DNA of 64,000 nucleotides, from assembly GCF_040869285.1 (NCBI RefSeq), contig NC_090432.1; one strand, 5' to 3'. The notes under the pieces were generated by a model, which was not told where the DNA came from, made no database searches, and worked only from the letters and a program-made list of their open reading frames with translations. A program made the position numbers and the translations under genes. The DNA is from Myxine glutinosa (taxonomy: Eukaryota). This document shows, piece after piece, positions 22,807 to 35,255 of this stretch (its first letter is position 1; every line of letters begins with the position of its first letter).

Positions 22807-24263
22807 TAAAGCTTTGGTGAAAATGTTAATGGCAATAGCTGAAATGGTAAAAAAAAGTTACGGCCCAGACAGAGACACAGACACAGACAGACACACAGAA
22901 GTGATTGTAAAACCCCGTCTCCTGCCATGCACGGGACGGGCTAATTAATGTGTTGTAATTAAAAAAACAAGCTGTGGTGCCCGCGATATGGGGGCGTCAA
23001 GGAGGTTCTGCTTCCGACGCCAAGAACTTCGAACCACCAAAATAAGTGCAATCAGCAACCTTCTGTTGGGTATGAGCAAAGAGCAAGAATCAGAAGCACC
23101 AAAATGCTATTATTGCAGTTAAACCAACAAGTTGGATTATGGGAAACCCTGGGTATTTCAAAACAGCAAACATCTATATCTAAATAGCCAAACTGTGGTC
23201 TTTGATTGGATGGACTGACTATATATTAGTAAATTGATGGGTGGACCATCAAAGGCCTTACACCTATTGGCTGAACAGCTGGCCTGACTCCACCCCACCC
23301 CTAAAAAAATAAATCATACCTCCAGCATAGAAAACAAGTTTGGTAAACGATCATTTTTAGCAGCTGTCCAATCCAGTGCTTTAATCTTTAGGTGGACGAT
23401 CACGGCACTGCATATGTTGCCAATCCAAACAATTAGATTCCTGGTCATTGTTGCTGCTGCTGCCATATCCTTCTGGGGCGTCAAGTTGCATATGACCGGT
23501 AATGAACATTCCCAAAACCTCCTGGAAAGGTTGCTAATCCATCACAGGGTGCTGCCAAAACAAGCCGCAACCAAAGCAGCAATTTATAATTTTGCATGGG
23601 AAGAAGAACACCCTTTGGTTGGAAAAGTATCATGGATCATGAACATCCACAAGTGAATGCCAGCAGACAAGACGGCAGTCTTGTTCCCAGGGAGGAACGA
23701 CAGCAATTGATCCATTGTCCCACCAGTGTAGCACCAGGACGAGTTTCGATACCATCTGGTTACAAGCTTCCTTGCCAATAAGGATTTGAATCTCAAAAAC
23801 ATAATTTTAAGCATTTGTATAAGAAAAACTTAAGTGAGATGGGGGCGTGTGGAGAGGAGCAAATGCATTAAAAAGTTCACCTTTATCTCAAAGCTGGGAT
23901 CTTCTTCTTGTTGAACAGGAAGTTGCTGTGCCGAAGGCAAAATCAACCCAGAGTCCATCGAAAGGCCCAGGCCCCAAGGTTTACTTCTCAGGTCGCCCAC
24001 TGCCTCGGATAGCCACACCATCATCTGACGGGAAATGTCGAAAATAATAAATCATGACAACAACAACCATCTTGCCCAAAGATGGCGAAACAACTAATGA
24101 ACTCACCACTCCAGAAACCTACATTGCAAAATGGAAGTACAGCCCATTAAATCCACAACTTGCATACTGTACTGTTCATTCTACAATGATTAGAAGAATC
24201 AACAATGAGATACAGCGCAATCAACCAGATAAGGTATTCAAAAACAATAGCTCCTCCAAATCG

Positions 24264-24773
24264 ACATACCTCGGTGGTCATGTCCGATGAAGATCCAGAT
24301 TCTATGGTTTTCTGGCCTTTAGGGTGCTTGAAATGCTGCTGCTCTACATCAAACTTCCTCTTCCTTGGCACAATGCGTTTCTTGTCTTTGGGTGCCAAAA
24401 TGTCATACGCAGTCATCGATTTCTCCTCTGGAGAATCGTTCATGTGAAGCCTCCACGAGGCGGAAGACAACAGCCGTGAAGCTCTCTCGATCCTCACGGC
24501 AGAGGACTGCGTAAGCTGCTCCAGGAGTCTATTTCTAGTTCCCAGAATATCTGATTTGGGGGACAAATGATGGGATGTCGACCCCACATGTCCAGGGAGT
24601 GGCTCACTCAAATAATGGCCCAACATTGGTGATATTAAACGAGCACCATCATGTTGGTGTAGAATGCAGCTCTTGGTGGGCAGCTTGCTGGATGGAGACA
24701 AATGTGCAGTTTGTGGTCCAAACTCAGTACTCGAGGCCTTTTTCTCCAGTGCTCCATCATCACTTTGCACCAT
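24264..24773 (-). CDS. Possible host first coding exon (Ser-rich, unknown product) ending at a GTATGT splice donor
   Basis: Minus-strand ORF from the ATG at 24773; the reverse complement of 24257-24270 reads ...CACCGAG|GTATGTCGA; no repeat homology; low complexity, so weak. Confidence 0.25.
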
Positions 24774-24894
24774 GATGAACGTGTGAGATCAATCCGACTA
24801 AACACACAAAACGCCAAAAAAATGACCTTAAAACAAGAACTTTAAATTTGTCCAAACATGTATTTTATATAGCTTTTTATCTGAATGATGAAAT

Positions 24895-25640
24895 TAGTGG
24901 AATCTCCCGTGATGAAGCTGGATGTATGGTCACTTTCCCTATCACTTTCTGAGCTGAGTGTATGGGCCTATCACTTTCATATCGCAGACAGGAAGGTGGT
25001 CTCTGTCTTAAATCGCCTACTTTCTGGTCTTGCACCTCCTGTACTTGCCCTCCCCACTTCGTGTCTCACTCATGTCTTGTCAGTGCTTTGCCCTCCCCAC
25101 TCCTTCTCATCCCAGCCACGTTTTTGCAGGCCTCATGCAGGTCACCATCAACCACCTTCTGGTGAAACTACCAAAAATCCAGAATCACTGCTCACCTCCA
25201 CTCATTTGCTACTGTAACCCCTACACCTTTCCATACCCAACCCCGCCACCCCCACACCTATGGAACCAATTTCTGTATTCTCATCAATCTCGCTCTTCCC
25301 ACCATGTCTTAAAGACAGCTGCTCACCACCATCTCATATCCACACCCATTCAAAACGATGATATTTTCGACCCCAGTTAAACTTCACCCTCGCCCTACCC
25401 ACCCCACAACAATGAAGCCCACCTCCTTACAAACTTCCAGTTTTTCCTTCCTAAGATTTTGCTTCTGTGTGCATATTGGCCACCAGTGTCCTCCCCACAC
25501 CCATTGTTTGTCCTTCAACTCTGCTGATGGTGTCCACCTCCCACTCTCTACTGTTCCTTTTGTTCTGTTGTGCCCTGATCTGTTTAGTGTTCTAGCTCTT
25601 CCACGAGCATGGACTGTGTAAACAAAAAATATTAAAGACG
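24895..25640 (+). mobile_element. Old, diverged LINE-A-like 3' fragment
   Basis: ISRDEA...RLLSGLAPP...LVKLPK..HC..L..C...L.. parallels the LINE-A C-terminus; A-rich end at ~25625. Confidence 0.45.
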
Positions 25641-26599
25641 AGGGGGGTTCCATTTCTCGTGTACTACATGCATGGTAAGATGGAGCCAATTGCCCCAGCG
25701 ATAACATAAAACAATGTGATGGTCACATGACAAAGGCAAAAATCAATAAATAGCCCCAAGTGGGTTGACGGTTATCTCTTGAGATTTGGGGGAACCCACC
25801 TGGGAGCGCTCCCCCCCGCCCACCCCCCAATCCAAAATCGATCACCATCGAGTATAAGGGCCGCCAGACCTTCTTGCTAATCTCAAGGCTGAATTCTACA
25901 ACCAATCCCTTTCATCACTAGAGATATAATAGTACACCTTACCCCACACAGTCTTAAGAAAATAAAGGACATGGGCGTGGTCTACGAGCAGAAAATTTGA
26001 TTGGTCGAGATGATGTAAAATGCCAAATATTTTTCCAAGTACAGCTAAACAAAAGGTTTTTGCAGTTGCCAACAGACGATTTGTGTTCTACAGTATTCAA
26101 GTATATAATTCGATTTAAATGAAATAAATATTTTAAAGGTTGTCGAGTTTGTTTTTGAGTGTTTACTGCTGTTGATGCAGCATCTTTTACACCACTTATT
26201 TAACACATTACATTAGTTATTCATGCCTGCTGTTTGTGTCCACGACGTTGCTAAAAACAGTAGGTTTCCTGTTTGGAATGGTTTTCAATTTTGTTTTACT
26301 CTCAGGCAGGCAGAGTAAAAAATTATCTATCTCACTCCTCTGTGCATGCGTGGTCAGGACAAATTCTGAGCCAAAGTACTGATAAAGAACAGGTTCGATT
26401 TCCGATTTGTGTTCAAAATATAACATTCAATTGAAATAGAGTTGCTTCTCAATCATAAACAGGTTTGTTGACAGGATAGAGACAGAGCGACCGAATGGCT
26501 TAACCCCACTTTTTGCTTCACATGGGGTAGAAGTCCTGATGGCATCTTATAAAGTCCATCTCTGAGAGATTATATATAGATATATATACACCCACCCAT

Positions 26600-27250
26600 C
26601 AATATGACCCCTTGCCTCAAACAGACTTAATGCAGACTCAGCTTGAAACTCGGCCGAATTTCTCAACTCCGTTTGCTTCCAAATATCATGTGCACAACGC
26701 ATCTCGCACTCACTGTACCCACTTTCGAGTGGACTTTTCTTACTTCTCACCCAATAAGGTAAACAAGGTTCTGTTCAGCCAGCCTGCATCGGCAACAGAC
26801 CCAGATGGCCAGATGGCATCAGTAACCACGTTCACAAATCTTGCTTGTTCTACATCCTCCAGTATGCCTAGATATTCACTGAAACACCATTCCCATTAAG
26901 CTGAAAAAACAGATCTCATAAACTACAAACCAGGAAGCTTCTACCAATTCCAGGCAGAAGTCTCGGAATTAATTATAGCTGCCAATGTAAAATTGTTCCA
27001 CCTTTCAAACTGATCTCTGGCAATACGTTTGGCTTCCTTCCTGTCACTCACAACACTGGACATGCTGCTGCTCCTCCTCCTCTCAGCCATGACTAAAGGC
27101 ACTAAATATCAAATAACGTCAGGGCTGATCCCCTGGACACCTCAAAAGTCTGGCATCCTGTTATACCCGTCAAACACACTGACTGGGCACAGGCAGGCCT
27201 TCATCCTTTGCTTTCTCCACTCTTACGGTTAATGCATCGGTATCAAACGG
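26600..27250 (+). mobile_element. Ancient LINE RT fragment
   Basis: Degenerate FSPNKVNKVL...ATDPDGQ (compare FPPDKVEKFLSTLDSDSATGPDG), NYKP (compare NYRPISL), TLDMLLLLL (compare GHSTLDMLLLL), in LINE-A order. Confidence 0.4.
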
Positions 27251-27867
27251 AACTCTCCCTCTCCCATTGGAAGTTGCAATGCTTCAAGGCAGTCTTGGGC
27301 GGTCGAACCAGTCTTGTAACACATATGCAGAGGACGTCTCTGATGCTCAGGTAAACACTTCCTTTTTTTCAGAGGACTCCAGTCCATAAAGTACCCCATC
27401 CCACGAACAGGCAGACAGCAGCAGAATCACCACCACACCTCTTCTCCAACCCATGAAACCCTCTTATTGCATGTAACAATTTCCTCTCCTTCTGTCCTTG
27501 ATTATTCCCTTGCTTGCAGCATTCACCTTTGACCCCCACTATCAGTACTGTACATTGCCATTGTACCCTGCAAAAAAACCATATGTGGTGAGTCCTTGCT
27601 TTACGTCTGAAAATATAATCCTTTATACTCAGGGCACACAACCACCCTTCTATTTGTATTTTCATGTCAATTTAATGGAGACATCCAATTTGGGATGAGA
27701 AATGAGAATTTCTGATGTGGAGTGTGCGACACCAAAATCATCGTCATGATCTCCCGAGTTGATTACGCTAACTACAAAGAATACCGAAGAATTCCCATGT
27801 TTTAAACGTGCACCATGTTAAGGTGTATAGAGCAGCTTCATAGGTCCTTCCACGGCATGGCATTCCA

Positions 27868-28350
27868 ATTACAAAATAAAGAAAAAGGGCAATCAAAGAT
27901 TGCAAACCCTCGCCATTATGTATTTTCTGTGGTTTTTAAGGCTTTTGTGTTAAAACAAATATGGCGGCCGCATTACGTGACCGATGACGTAATCATTTTT
28001 TTTTTTTCTCCACCAATTTATGCCTACATGACGCTCAAGAGATTTCATCTTGAACGGATGAAGTTTTGTACTTGTTGAATTGTGACGTCATAATGCAGGC
28101 ACCAATGACAATCATTAACATATTGTATTCCCCATGGAGACTGGAGAGTTCTTTACAATGAGCCATGTCTCAATTTTTTCCATTCAGCGCTTTGAGATAG
28201 AGGTGCAAAGTTTTTCGGTTTTTCCAATATGGCGACAGAACCACGTGATCTATGACGTCATAATTATCATTTAAAAAATTATACAGGTGGAGTTGCACCT
28301 TTGATGAAAATTTCCTGTCAATCGGACCAACGGTTACAAAGAAAAATCAT
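27868..28350 (+). repeat. ~545-bp tandem repeat unit U (copy 1, partial), target of the LINE-B copy 2 insertion
   Basis: Repeated at 30720-31212, with a partial third copy to ~31310. Confidence 0.7.
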
Positions 28351-30644
28351 TATCAGGGATGCATTAAAAGAGAGGCTGAGTAGGGCAGAGGATGATGTGG
28401 TTGAGCTTGAAAGTGGTTGGATGTCAATGAAAGCTAGTCTGTTGGGAGCCGTTGGTGAGGTATGTGGATGGACAGAAGGACCACCGAGGCACTCGGAAAC
28501 ATGGTGGTGGGATGATGAAGTTGGAAAGAGGATTGACAAGAGGAAGAAGTTCAAGGAGTGGCAGAAGGCGAAGGGTACGGGAGCAGAAACAGCAGAGCAT
28601 GAAAGTTATGAGGCAGCCAAGAAGGCTGCAAAGAAGGAGGTAGCAAAGGCACAGTAGGCATGCAGGAAAACGTTCGGAGAACGCTTGGATTCGGAAGAGG
28701 GTCAGAGAGCAGTATTCAGGATTGCAAAGCAGATAGCGAAAGAGAGGTGTGATGTGATGGGGAGAGTTGCTTGAAGGATGAAGTGGGACACATCGTTGTG
28801 GACCCAGATGGAATTAAAGGAAGATGGAAAAGATATATGGAAATGCTGTTTTTTTTTGTTTGTTTTTTTTTTTTGTATACAAGATCGAGGCTCGTGAAAG
28901 AGCGAAATGTTGAATGTTGTTTGTTGAATGAAAATTGTTGAATACAGAGAATGAATGGGATGCCAACATAGAGAGTAACCCAGTTTTAGGACCGGCAGAG
29001 AAGATAACTGAGAAGGAAGTTGAGGAAGCGATAAAAGCAATGAAGAGTAGAAAAGCGGGAGGGCTGACGGGAGTGGGAGATATGTTGAAGGCAGCAGGAA
29101 GTTAGGGTGTGAAGAGAATGACAGAGATCTGTAATCTGGTGGTGAAAGAAGGCCGCATTCCAGTGGATTGGGAACCGAGTACCCTCGTCCCTATATACAA
29201 GGGGAAAGGTGACCCTCTGGAGTGTGGTTCGTACCGAGCAATAAAGTTATTGGAGCATGGAATGAAGGTATTGGAAAGGGTGTTGGAGAGGAGGATAAGG
29301 AAGAAAGTAAAGATCGATGAAATGCAGTTTGGATTAATGCCAGGAAGAGGAACGACAGACGCGCTTTTCATTGTGAGGCAGTTGCAGGAGAAGTACATGG
29401 AGAAGAGGAAGAAGTTGTTTCTTGGGTTTGTTGATCTGGAGAAAGCATTCGATAGGGTTCCACGCAAAGTATTGACATAGGCATTGAGGAAGTTAGGAGT
29501 GGAGGAATGGTTGATCAGAGTAGTGATGGCAATGTACAAAAGAGCACGCACAGCTGTAAGGACAAAGGACGGGAACAGTGGTGAGTTTGAGGTGAAGGTG
29601 GGAGTGCATCAGGGGTCGGTACTAAGTCCACTATTATTTGTAGCTGTGATGGAGGTGCTGGCTCAGAACGTAAAGGAGGGTTTACCGTGGGAGTTGTTGT
29701 ATGCAGATGATCTGGTGTTGATTGCGGAAAGTATGGATGGACTGAAGGAAAAGATGAACAAGTGGAAGGAATGTATGGAGACAAAAGGTCTGAAGGTGAA
29801 TATCGGAAAGACGAAGGTGATGGCAAGTGGTAAAGCAGGTGGTGAGGTGGAAAGAACTGGGAAGTGGCCCTGTGCTGTGTGCAGGAAGGGTGTCGGAGTG
29901 AACTCCATTCAATGTACAATGTGCGCTGAGTGGGTTCATCAAAAATGTAGTGGTCTGAGAGGGTCATTAACCAGTGTAGCAGCTGCATTCAAATGTAAGG
30001 TGTGCACAGAGGGAGCTGCAGATGGAGGAAATGTTGAGTTGGATCTTGGAGACGGCGTGAAGCTGGAAGGTGTGAAAACATTTTGCTACCTCGGAGACAT
30101 GCTGAATGGAGAAGGTGGATCAGACTCGGCAACGGTTGCTAGAGTGAGATGTGCATGGAAAAAGTTTCGGGAACTGAGTGGCGTGCTGATGAGGAGGGGA
30201 GTGTCGTTGAAGCTGAAGGGAAAGGTGTATGCTGCATGTGCGAGAAGTGTTATGATTTATGGGAGCGAGACATGGGTAATGAAAGTAGAGCAGCAACGAA
30301 GGCTGGAAAGGGTGGAAATGCGAATGGTTTGATGGATGTGCGGAGTATCGTTGAGAGAAAGGAGGACAAATGATGAATTGCGAAAGATGATGGGAATAGA
30401 GCCTGTGATTGATGCTGTGAAGAGGAAGAGGTTGAGATGGTTTGGTCATGTGTTGAGGAAGGATGAAAGTGACTGGTTGAGAAGAGTGATGGAAATGAAT
30501 GTAGAAGGAAGTAGAGGACGGGGAAGACCGAGAAAGACTTGGCTAAAGATGGTGGAAGAAGAAATGCGGGCAAGGGGGTTAACAAGGAGAGATGCAGAAA
30601 ATAGGGCAAAATGGAGAAGATTGTCATGGGGACCGCAAGGCTAA
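28351..30644 (+). pseudogene. LINE-B ORF2 remnant (one stop and a frameshift near 29480 and 30335)
   Basis: ORF pieces as listed above. Confidence 0.75.
28849..28916 (-). mobile_element. Extremely 5'-truncated LINE-A insertion (poly-T + ~45 bp of 3' end) nested in LINE-B copy 2
   Basis: T27 GTATACAAGATCGAGGCTCGTGAAAGAGC is the reverse complement of the LINE-A 3' terminus + poly(A). Confidence 0.6.
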
Positions 30645-30719
30645 CCCCCGTTCTAGCAGGGAAAATGGCCTTTAAAATGCATGTTGTTTTTGTTGTTGGT
30701 TACAAAGAAAAATCATATT

Positions 30720-31310
30720 TATTCTGTGCGGACAGACAAACGGACTCAAATGCAATACCCTCTCCTCTGGTGAGGGTAACAAGAGCAATCAGAGATTGCA
30801 AACCCTCGCCAGGATGTATTTTCAGTGGTTTTTAAGGCTTTTGCGTTAAAACTAATATGGCGGCCCAACCACGTGACCGATGACATTATTTGTTTTCGAA
30901 ACTAATTTATTCCTTGATTATGCTCAAGAAATTTCATCTTGATCGGATGAAGTTTTGTACTTGTCAAATTGTGACATAATTATTAACATATTTTATTCCC
31001 CATGGAGAGTTCTTTACAATGAGCCATGTCTAAATTTTTCCCATTCAGCACTTTGAGATGGAGGTGCAAAGTTTTTCGGTTTTTCCAATATGGCGGCAGA
31101 ACCACGTGATCTATGACGTCATAATAATCATTTTTAAAAATTATACAGGTGGAGTTGCACCATTGGTGAAAATTTCCTGTCAATCTGACTGACGGTTGCA
31201 GAGAAAAATCATATTTATTCTGTGCGGACAAACAAACAAACAAAACAGGCAAACAGACAAACAGACTCAAATGCAATACCCTCTCCTCTGGTGAGGGGAA
31301 TTAGAAAGCA
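30720..31310 (+). repeat. Tandem repeat unit U copies 2 and 3
   Basis: See 27868-28350. Confidence 0.7.
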
Positions 31311-31439
31311 TCTAAAATTGCAAAGCCCATTCGCTTTGTATTCAGTACAGCAAAACACGACGAAGACAGCCAATATATATATATATATATAGACAATCTT
31401 ATGCGATCTTTAATGATTTACCTCAAAAGCAATATGCTT

Positions 31440-31790
31440 CAGTGACTAAATATACAAACTCTGCTCAAATTTCAAGTCAAACAGACAGAAATTGATGATT
31501 TTATGCAACCTTGACCTTTGATAATATTCCTTTGATAATATGAATAATATTCATATTAAAAAATAAAATAAAAAGTGATTTAACATTCGGCTTCTCACTT
31601 TTGATTGGTGAACCAATTCAGCGACCCAATATGCAAATTGTTAAAATTTCAGGTCAATCGATCGAAAATTGCCAATTTTATGTGACGCTGACAAAATAAT
31701 TTGTCTTCTCCATAATAAAGCTTTGTTGAAAATTTGATGATAAAACTCAAATGTTTAGCCAATAAAAGAGCACGAACGAACGATTGAATG
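31440..31790. repeat. 165-bp satellite-like repeat (2 units)
   Basis: Same unit as 21960-22344. Confidence 0.65.
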
Positions 31791-32343
31791 AGCGCACACA
31801 CCACACACCACAGACACACACACACCACAGACACACCAGAGACACACCACAGACACACACCAGACACACACACACCACAGACACACCACAGACACACACA
31901 CACCACAGACAGACAGACACACACACCACAGACACACCACAGACACACACACACCACAGACAGACAGACACACACACCACAGACAGACACACACACACAC
32001 CACAGACACACACACACCAGACACACACACACACCACAGACAGACACACACCACAGACAGACACACACACACACACCACAGACAGACACACACACACACA
32101 CCACAGACAGACACACACACACACACCACAGACACACACACCACAGACACACACACCACAGACACACACACACACCACAGACACACACACACACCACAGA
32201 CACACACACACACCACAGACACACACACACCACAGACACACACACCACAGACACACACACCACAGACACACACACCACAGACACACACACCACAGACACA
32301 CACACCACACACACACACACCACAGACACACACACCACAGACA

Positions 32344-32440
<97 letters not shown>

Positions 32441-32445
32441 ATCCC
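31790..32445. repeat. Complex CA-rich microsatellite (CACACACCACAGA-type)
   Basis: Direct reading; all the 220-270-aa ORFs here on both strands are repeat translations. Confidence 0.95.
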
Positions 32446-32519
32446 AAAAACAATGACAACATTGTAACAAAGCATTTATTAATTAATACTAATACTAATA
32501 ATTAATAGTAATATTCTTC

Positions 32520-32820
32520 CACCCACCTCCCTGGTACCAGTTGTAAACAGCACCGCTTTTGAGGCGTTTCCTTTTACAACTCGTGCCGTGACCAGAGCCA
32601 CAAGGTCGCTCCGGGTACCTGGAGGTGGGTGTCCATTACCGAGTTGTAGAGCGCTCACCAATTAGCTTAAACATTCCCTTCGAAACACTCGATAAGGAAC
32701 AGCTGGCTTGGCGAGCGCTAGCTAGCCGATTGGTACCCGAGCACACCCAGGACACGGTTGGCCTGCAGTCAGCATTTCACCACTGCATGTACTCCATGAA
32801 CCGACCCGTGCGGGACTCGT
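32520..32820 (+). mobile_element. Possible SINE-like element (second copy at 37555-37690), each preceded by an (ATT)n/(TAA)n microsatellite
   Basis: Shared segment GGTGTCCATTACCGAGTTGTAGAGCGCTCACCAATTAGCTTAAACATTCCCTTCGAAACACTCGATAAGGAACAGCTGGCTTGGCGAGCGC. Confidence 0.3.
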
Positions 32821-33321
32821 GCCTTCTCAGCAGTATTTACACGCACCAAGGCACAAGATGACTTCGCACTGAGTGCACACAAAAACATGTTTAAAACCAA
32901 TCATAAAGTTTGCATCCATCGCCGCCCTACCGCAGTTCAACCGACATCCGCACCGTACACACGAAATGGTTTCCTACTTTACTTCCGGTGAGAGCGTGAC
33001 GCCACCCAATGATGATTCATTCCACCTGGACCCGCCATGCTCGGCTCGGCTCGGCTCTCCCTGAGCATAAGCACACCTGTCTGCCTATTCTGTACTGTAC
33101 ACTCTTGCCCGTTATCCTTAATATGTCGGCTTACTTATAATTCAACTTATTGTTATTGTTATTATTTCTTAATAAGAAATTAAGAATCTAAGAATCTTAA
33201 GAATCGTAATTGTTTTCTTAATTGATTAATTGATTCTTGATTCTTAATTGATTCTTAATTCTTAATTCTTAAGAATCTTAATTGTTAAGAATCTTATTAT
33301 AATGGAGCAAACGTATATGGT

Positions 33322-35255
33322 TATGTATAAGTACAAGCGTGACTCGGCACGCTCTGCGCGCCTCACCACACGGCGTTTCAGAGGGGTAGGCATCTTTGAC
33401 CATTTCGGTGTCTTTTGGGTCTTCATGGTGTTTTGGGTCTTCAGGGTCTTTTGGATCCTCTGGGCCCTTAAGGGTATTTTGGGCCTTTGAGATGTTTTGG
33501 GTCTTTTGGGTCTTTGGTGTCTTCAGAGACTTTTCGTTCTTAAGGGACTTCGGTGTCTTCGGGGGCTTTTGGGTTTTCTTGGTCTTTCAGGGTCTTATGG
33601 GTCTTTGGGGTGTTTTGGTTCTTCGGGGTGTTTTGGGTCTTCGGGGTGTTTTGGTTCTTCGGGGTGTTTTGATTCTTTGGGGTGTTTTGATTCTTCGGGA
33701 TGTTTTGGTTCTTCGGGGTGTTTTGGGTCTTCGGGGTGTTTTGGGTCTTCGGGGTGTTTTGGGTCTTCGGGGTGTTTTGGGTCTTCGGGGTGTTTTGGGT
33801 CTTCGGGGTGTTTTGGGTCTTCGGGGTGTTTTGGGTCTTCGGGGTGTTTTGGGTCTTCGGGGTGTTTTGGGTCTTCGGGGTGTTTTGGGTCTTCTGGGTG
33901 TTTTGGGTCTTCTGGGTGTTTTGGGTCTTCTGGGCGTTTTGGGTCTTCTGGGTGTTTTGGGTCTTCTGGGTGTTTTGGGTCTTCTGGGTGTTTTGGGTCT
34001 TCTGGGTGTTTTGGGTCTTCTGGGTGTTTTGGGTCTTCGGGGTGTTTTGGGTCTTCGGGGTGTTTTGGGTCTCCGGGGTGTTTTGGGTCTCCGGGGTGTT
34101 TTGGGTCTCCGGGGTGTTTTGGGTCTCCGGGGTGTTTTGGGTCTTCGGGGTGTTTTGGGTCTTCGGGGTGTTTTGGGTCTTCTGGGTGTTTTGGGTCTTC
34201 TGGGTGTTTATGGTCTTCTGGGTGTTTATGGTCTTCGGGGTGTTTATGGTCTTCGGGGTGTTTATGGTCTTCGGGGTGTTTTGGGTCTTCGGGGTGTTTT
34301 GGGTCTTCGGGGTGTTTTGGGTCTTCGGGGTGTTTTGGGTCTTCGGGGTGTTTTGGGTCTTCGGGGTGTTTTGGGTCCTCGGGGTGTTTTTTGGGTCCTC
34401 GGGGTGTTTTGGGTCCTCGGGGTGTTTTGGTTCTTCGGGGTGTTTTGGTTCTTTGGGGTGTTTTGGCTCTTCGGGGTGTTTTGGGTCTTCGGGGTGTTTT
34501 CGGTCTTCGGGGTGTTTTGGGTCTTAGGGGTGTTTTGGGTCTTTGGGGTGTTTTGGGTCTTCGGGGTGTTTTGGGTCTTCAGGTATTCAGGGTCTTTTTG
34601 AGCCTCAGGGCCTTGAAGGGTATTTTGGGTCTTTGGGGTATTTTGGGTCTTCTGGGGTCTTGGTGGTCTGAAGTGTCTTGGGGGAAATTAAAGGGTCGTC
34701 AAAGGTCTGAGAGGTCTCAACAGTCTTAACGCAATTAAGAGGGTGGTAATTTAATTTGAAGAAGAAGAAGACGTTTTCGTCGCATATAAACATACATAGC
34801 GACATACCTAACCAGATACGTTTGCTCTACTATAATGAGATTTGTCTGTCTGTTTGTTTGTTTGTATGTTTATATGCGACCAAAACGTCTTCTTCTTCTT
34901 CAAAAAAATTTACCACCCTCTTAATTACGTTTAGACTGCTGAGACCCCTCACACCTTTGACGACCTTTGAAGTCCCCCAAAACGCCCTGAAGACCCAAAA
35001 CACCCTGAAGACCCCAAAAACCTTTAAAGACACAGAGGAACCAAAAGTCCCTTAAAACCCAAAAGACCCCGAAGATCCAAAAGACCCCGAAGATCCAAAA
35101 GACCCCGAAGACCCCAAAAGACCATGAAGACCCCAAAATACCATGAAGACCCAAAAGACACCGAAATGGTCAAAGATGCCTATCCCTCTGAAACGACATG
35201 TGGTGAGGCGCGCGGAGCACGCCGAATCACGCTCGTATTTTTTATTATTGTTGCT
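33322..35255. mobile_element. Foldback-like palindromic element: inverted arms built from an 18-bp minisatellite, symmetric about ~34835
   Basis: 33332-33400 is the reverse complement of 35160-35245; the inner 34680-34800 is the reverse complement of 34870-34990; the left arm carries ~65 units of GGGGTGTTTTGGGTCTTC (33400-34600), the right arm only ~10 complementary units (34980-35160). Confidence 0.5.
33400..34600. repeat. 18-bp minisatellite (GGGGTGTTTTGGGTCTTC)n, ~65 units
   Basis: Direct reading; the ORFs 33396-34601, 33497-34729 and 33700-34527 are repeat translations. Confidence 0.95.

Larger units (their letters stand above)
28351..30697 (+). mobile_element. LINE family B copy 2, 5'-truncated (lacks the endonuclease), flanked by a 19-bp target-site duplication
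   Basis: TSD GGTTACAAAGAAAAATCAT at 28332-28350 and 30698-30716; RT, PHD-like finger and C-terminal ORFs 29109-29480, 29484-30332 and 30336-30644; 3' end ...GGAAAATGGCCTTTAAAATGCATG(TTG)n. Confidence 0.85.

Noticed and set aside
31649-32475. Long ORFs (220-273 aa) on both strands rich in Cys/Val or Thr/His
   Set aside because: They are translations of the CA-rich complex microsatellite. All six frames are open for the same reason.
33396-34729. 400-aa Gly/Val/Leu-rich and Ser/Gly/Cys-rich ORFs
   Set aside because: Translations of the 18-bp minisatellite inside the foldback arm; periodic, no start context, three overlapping frames.
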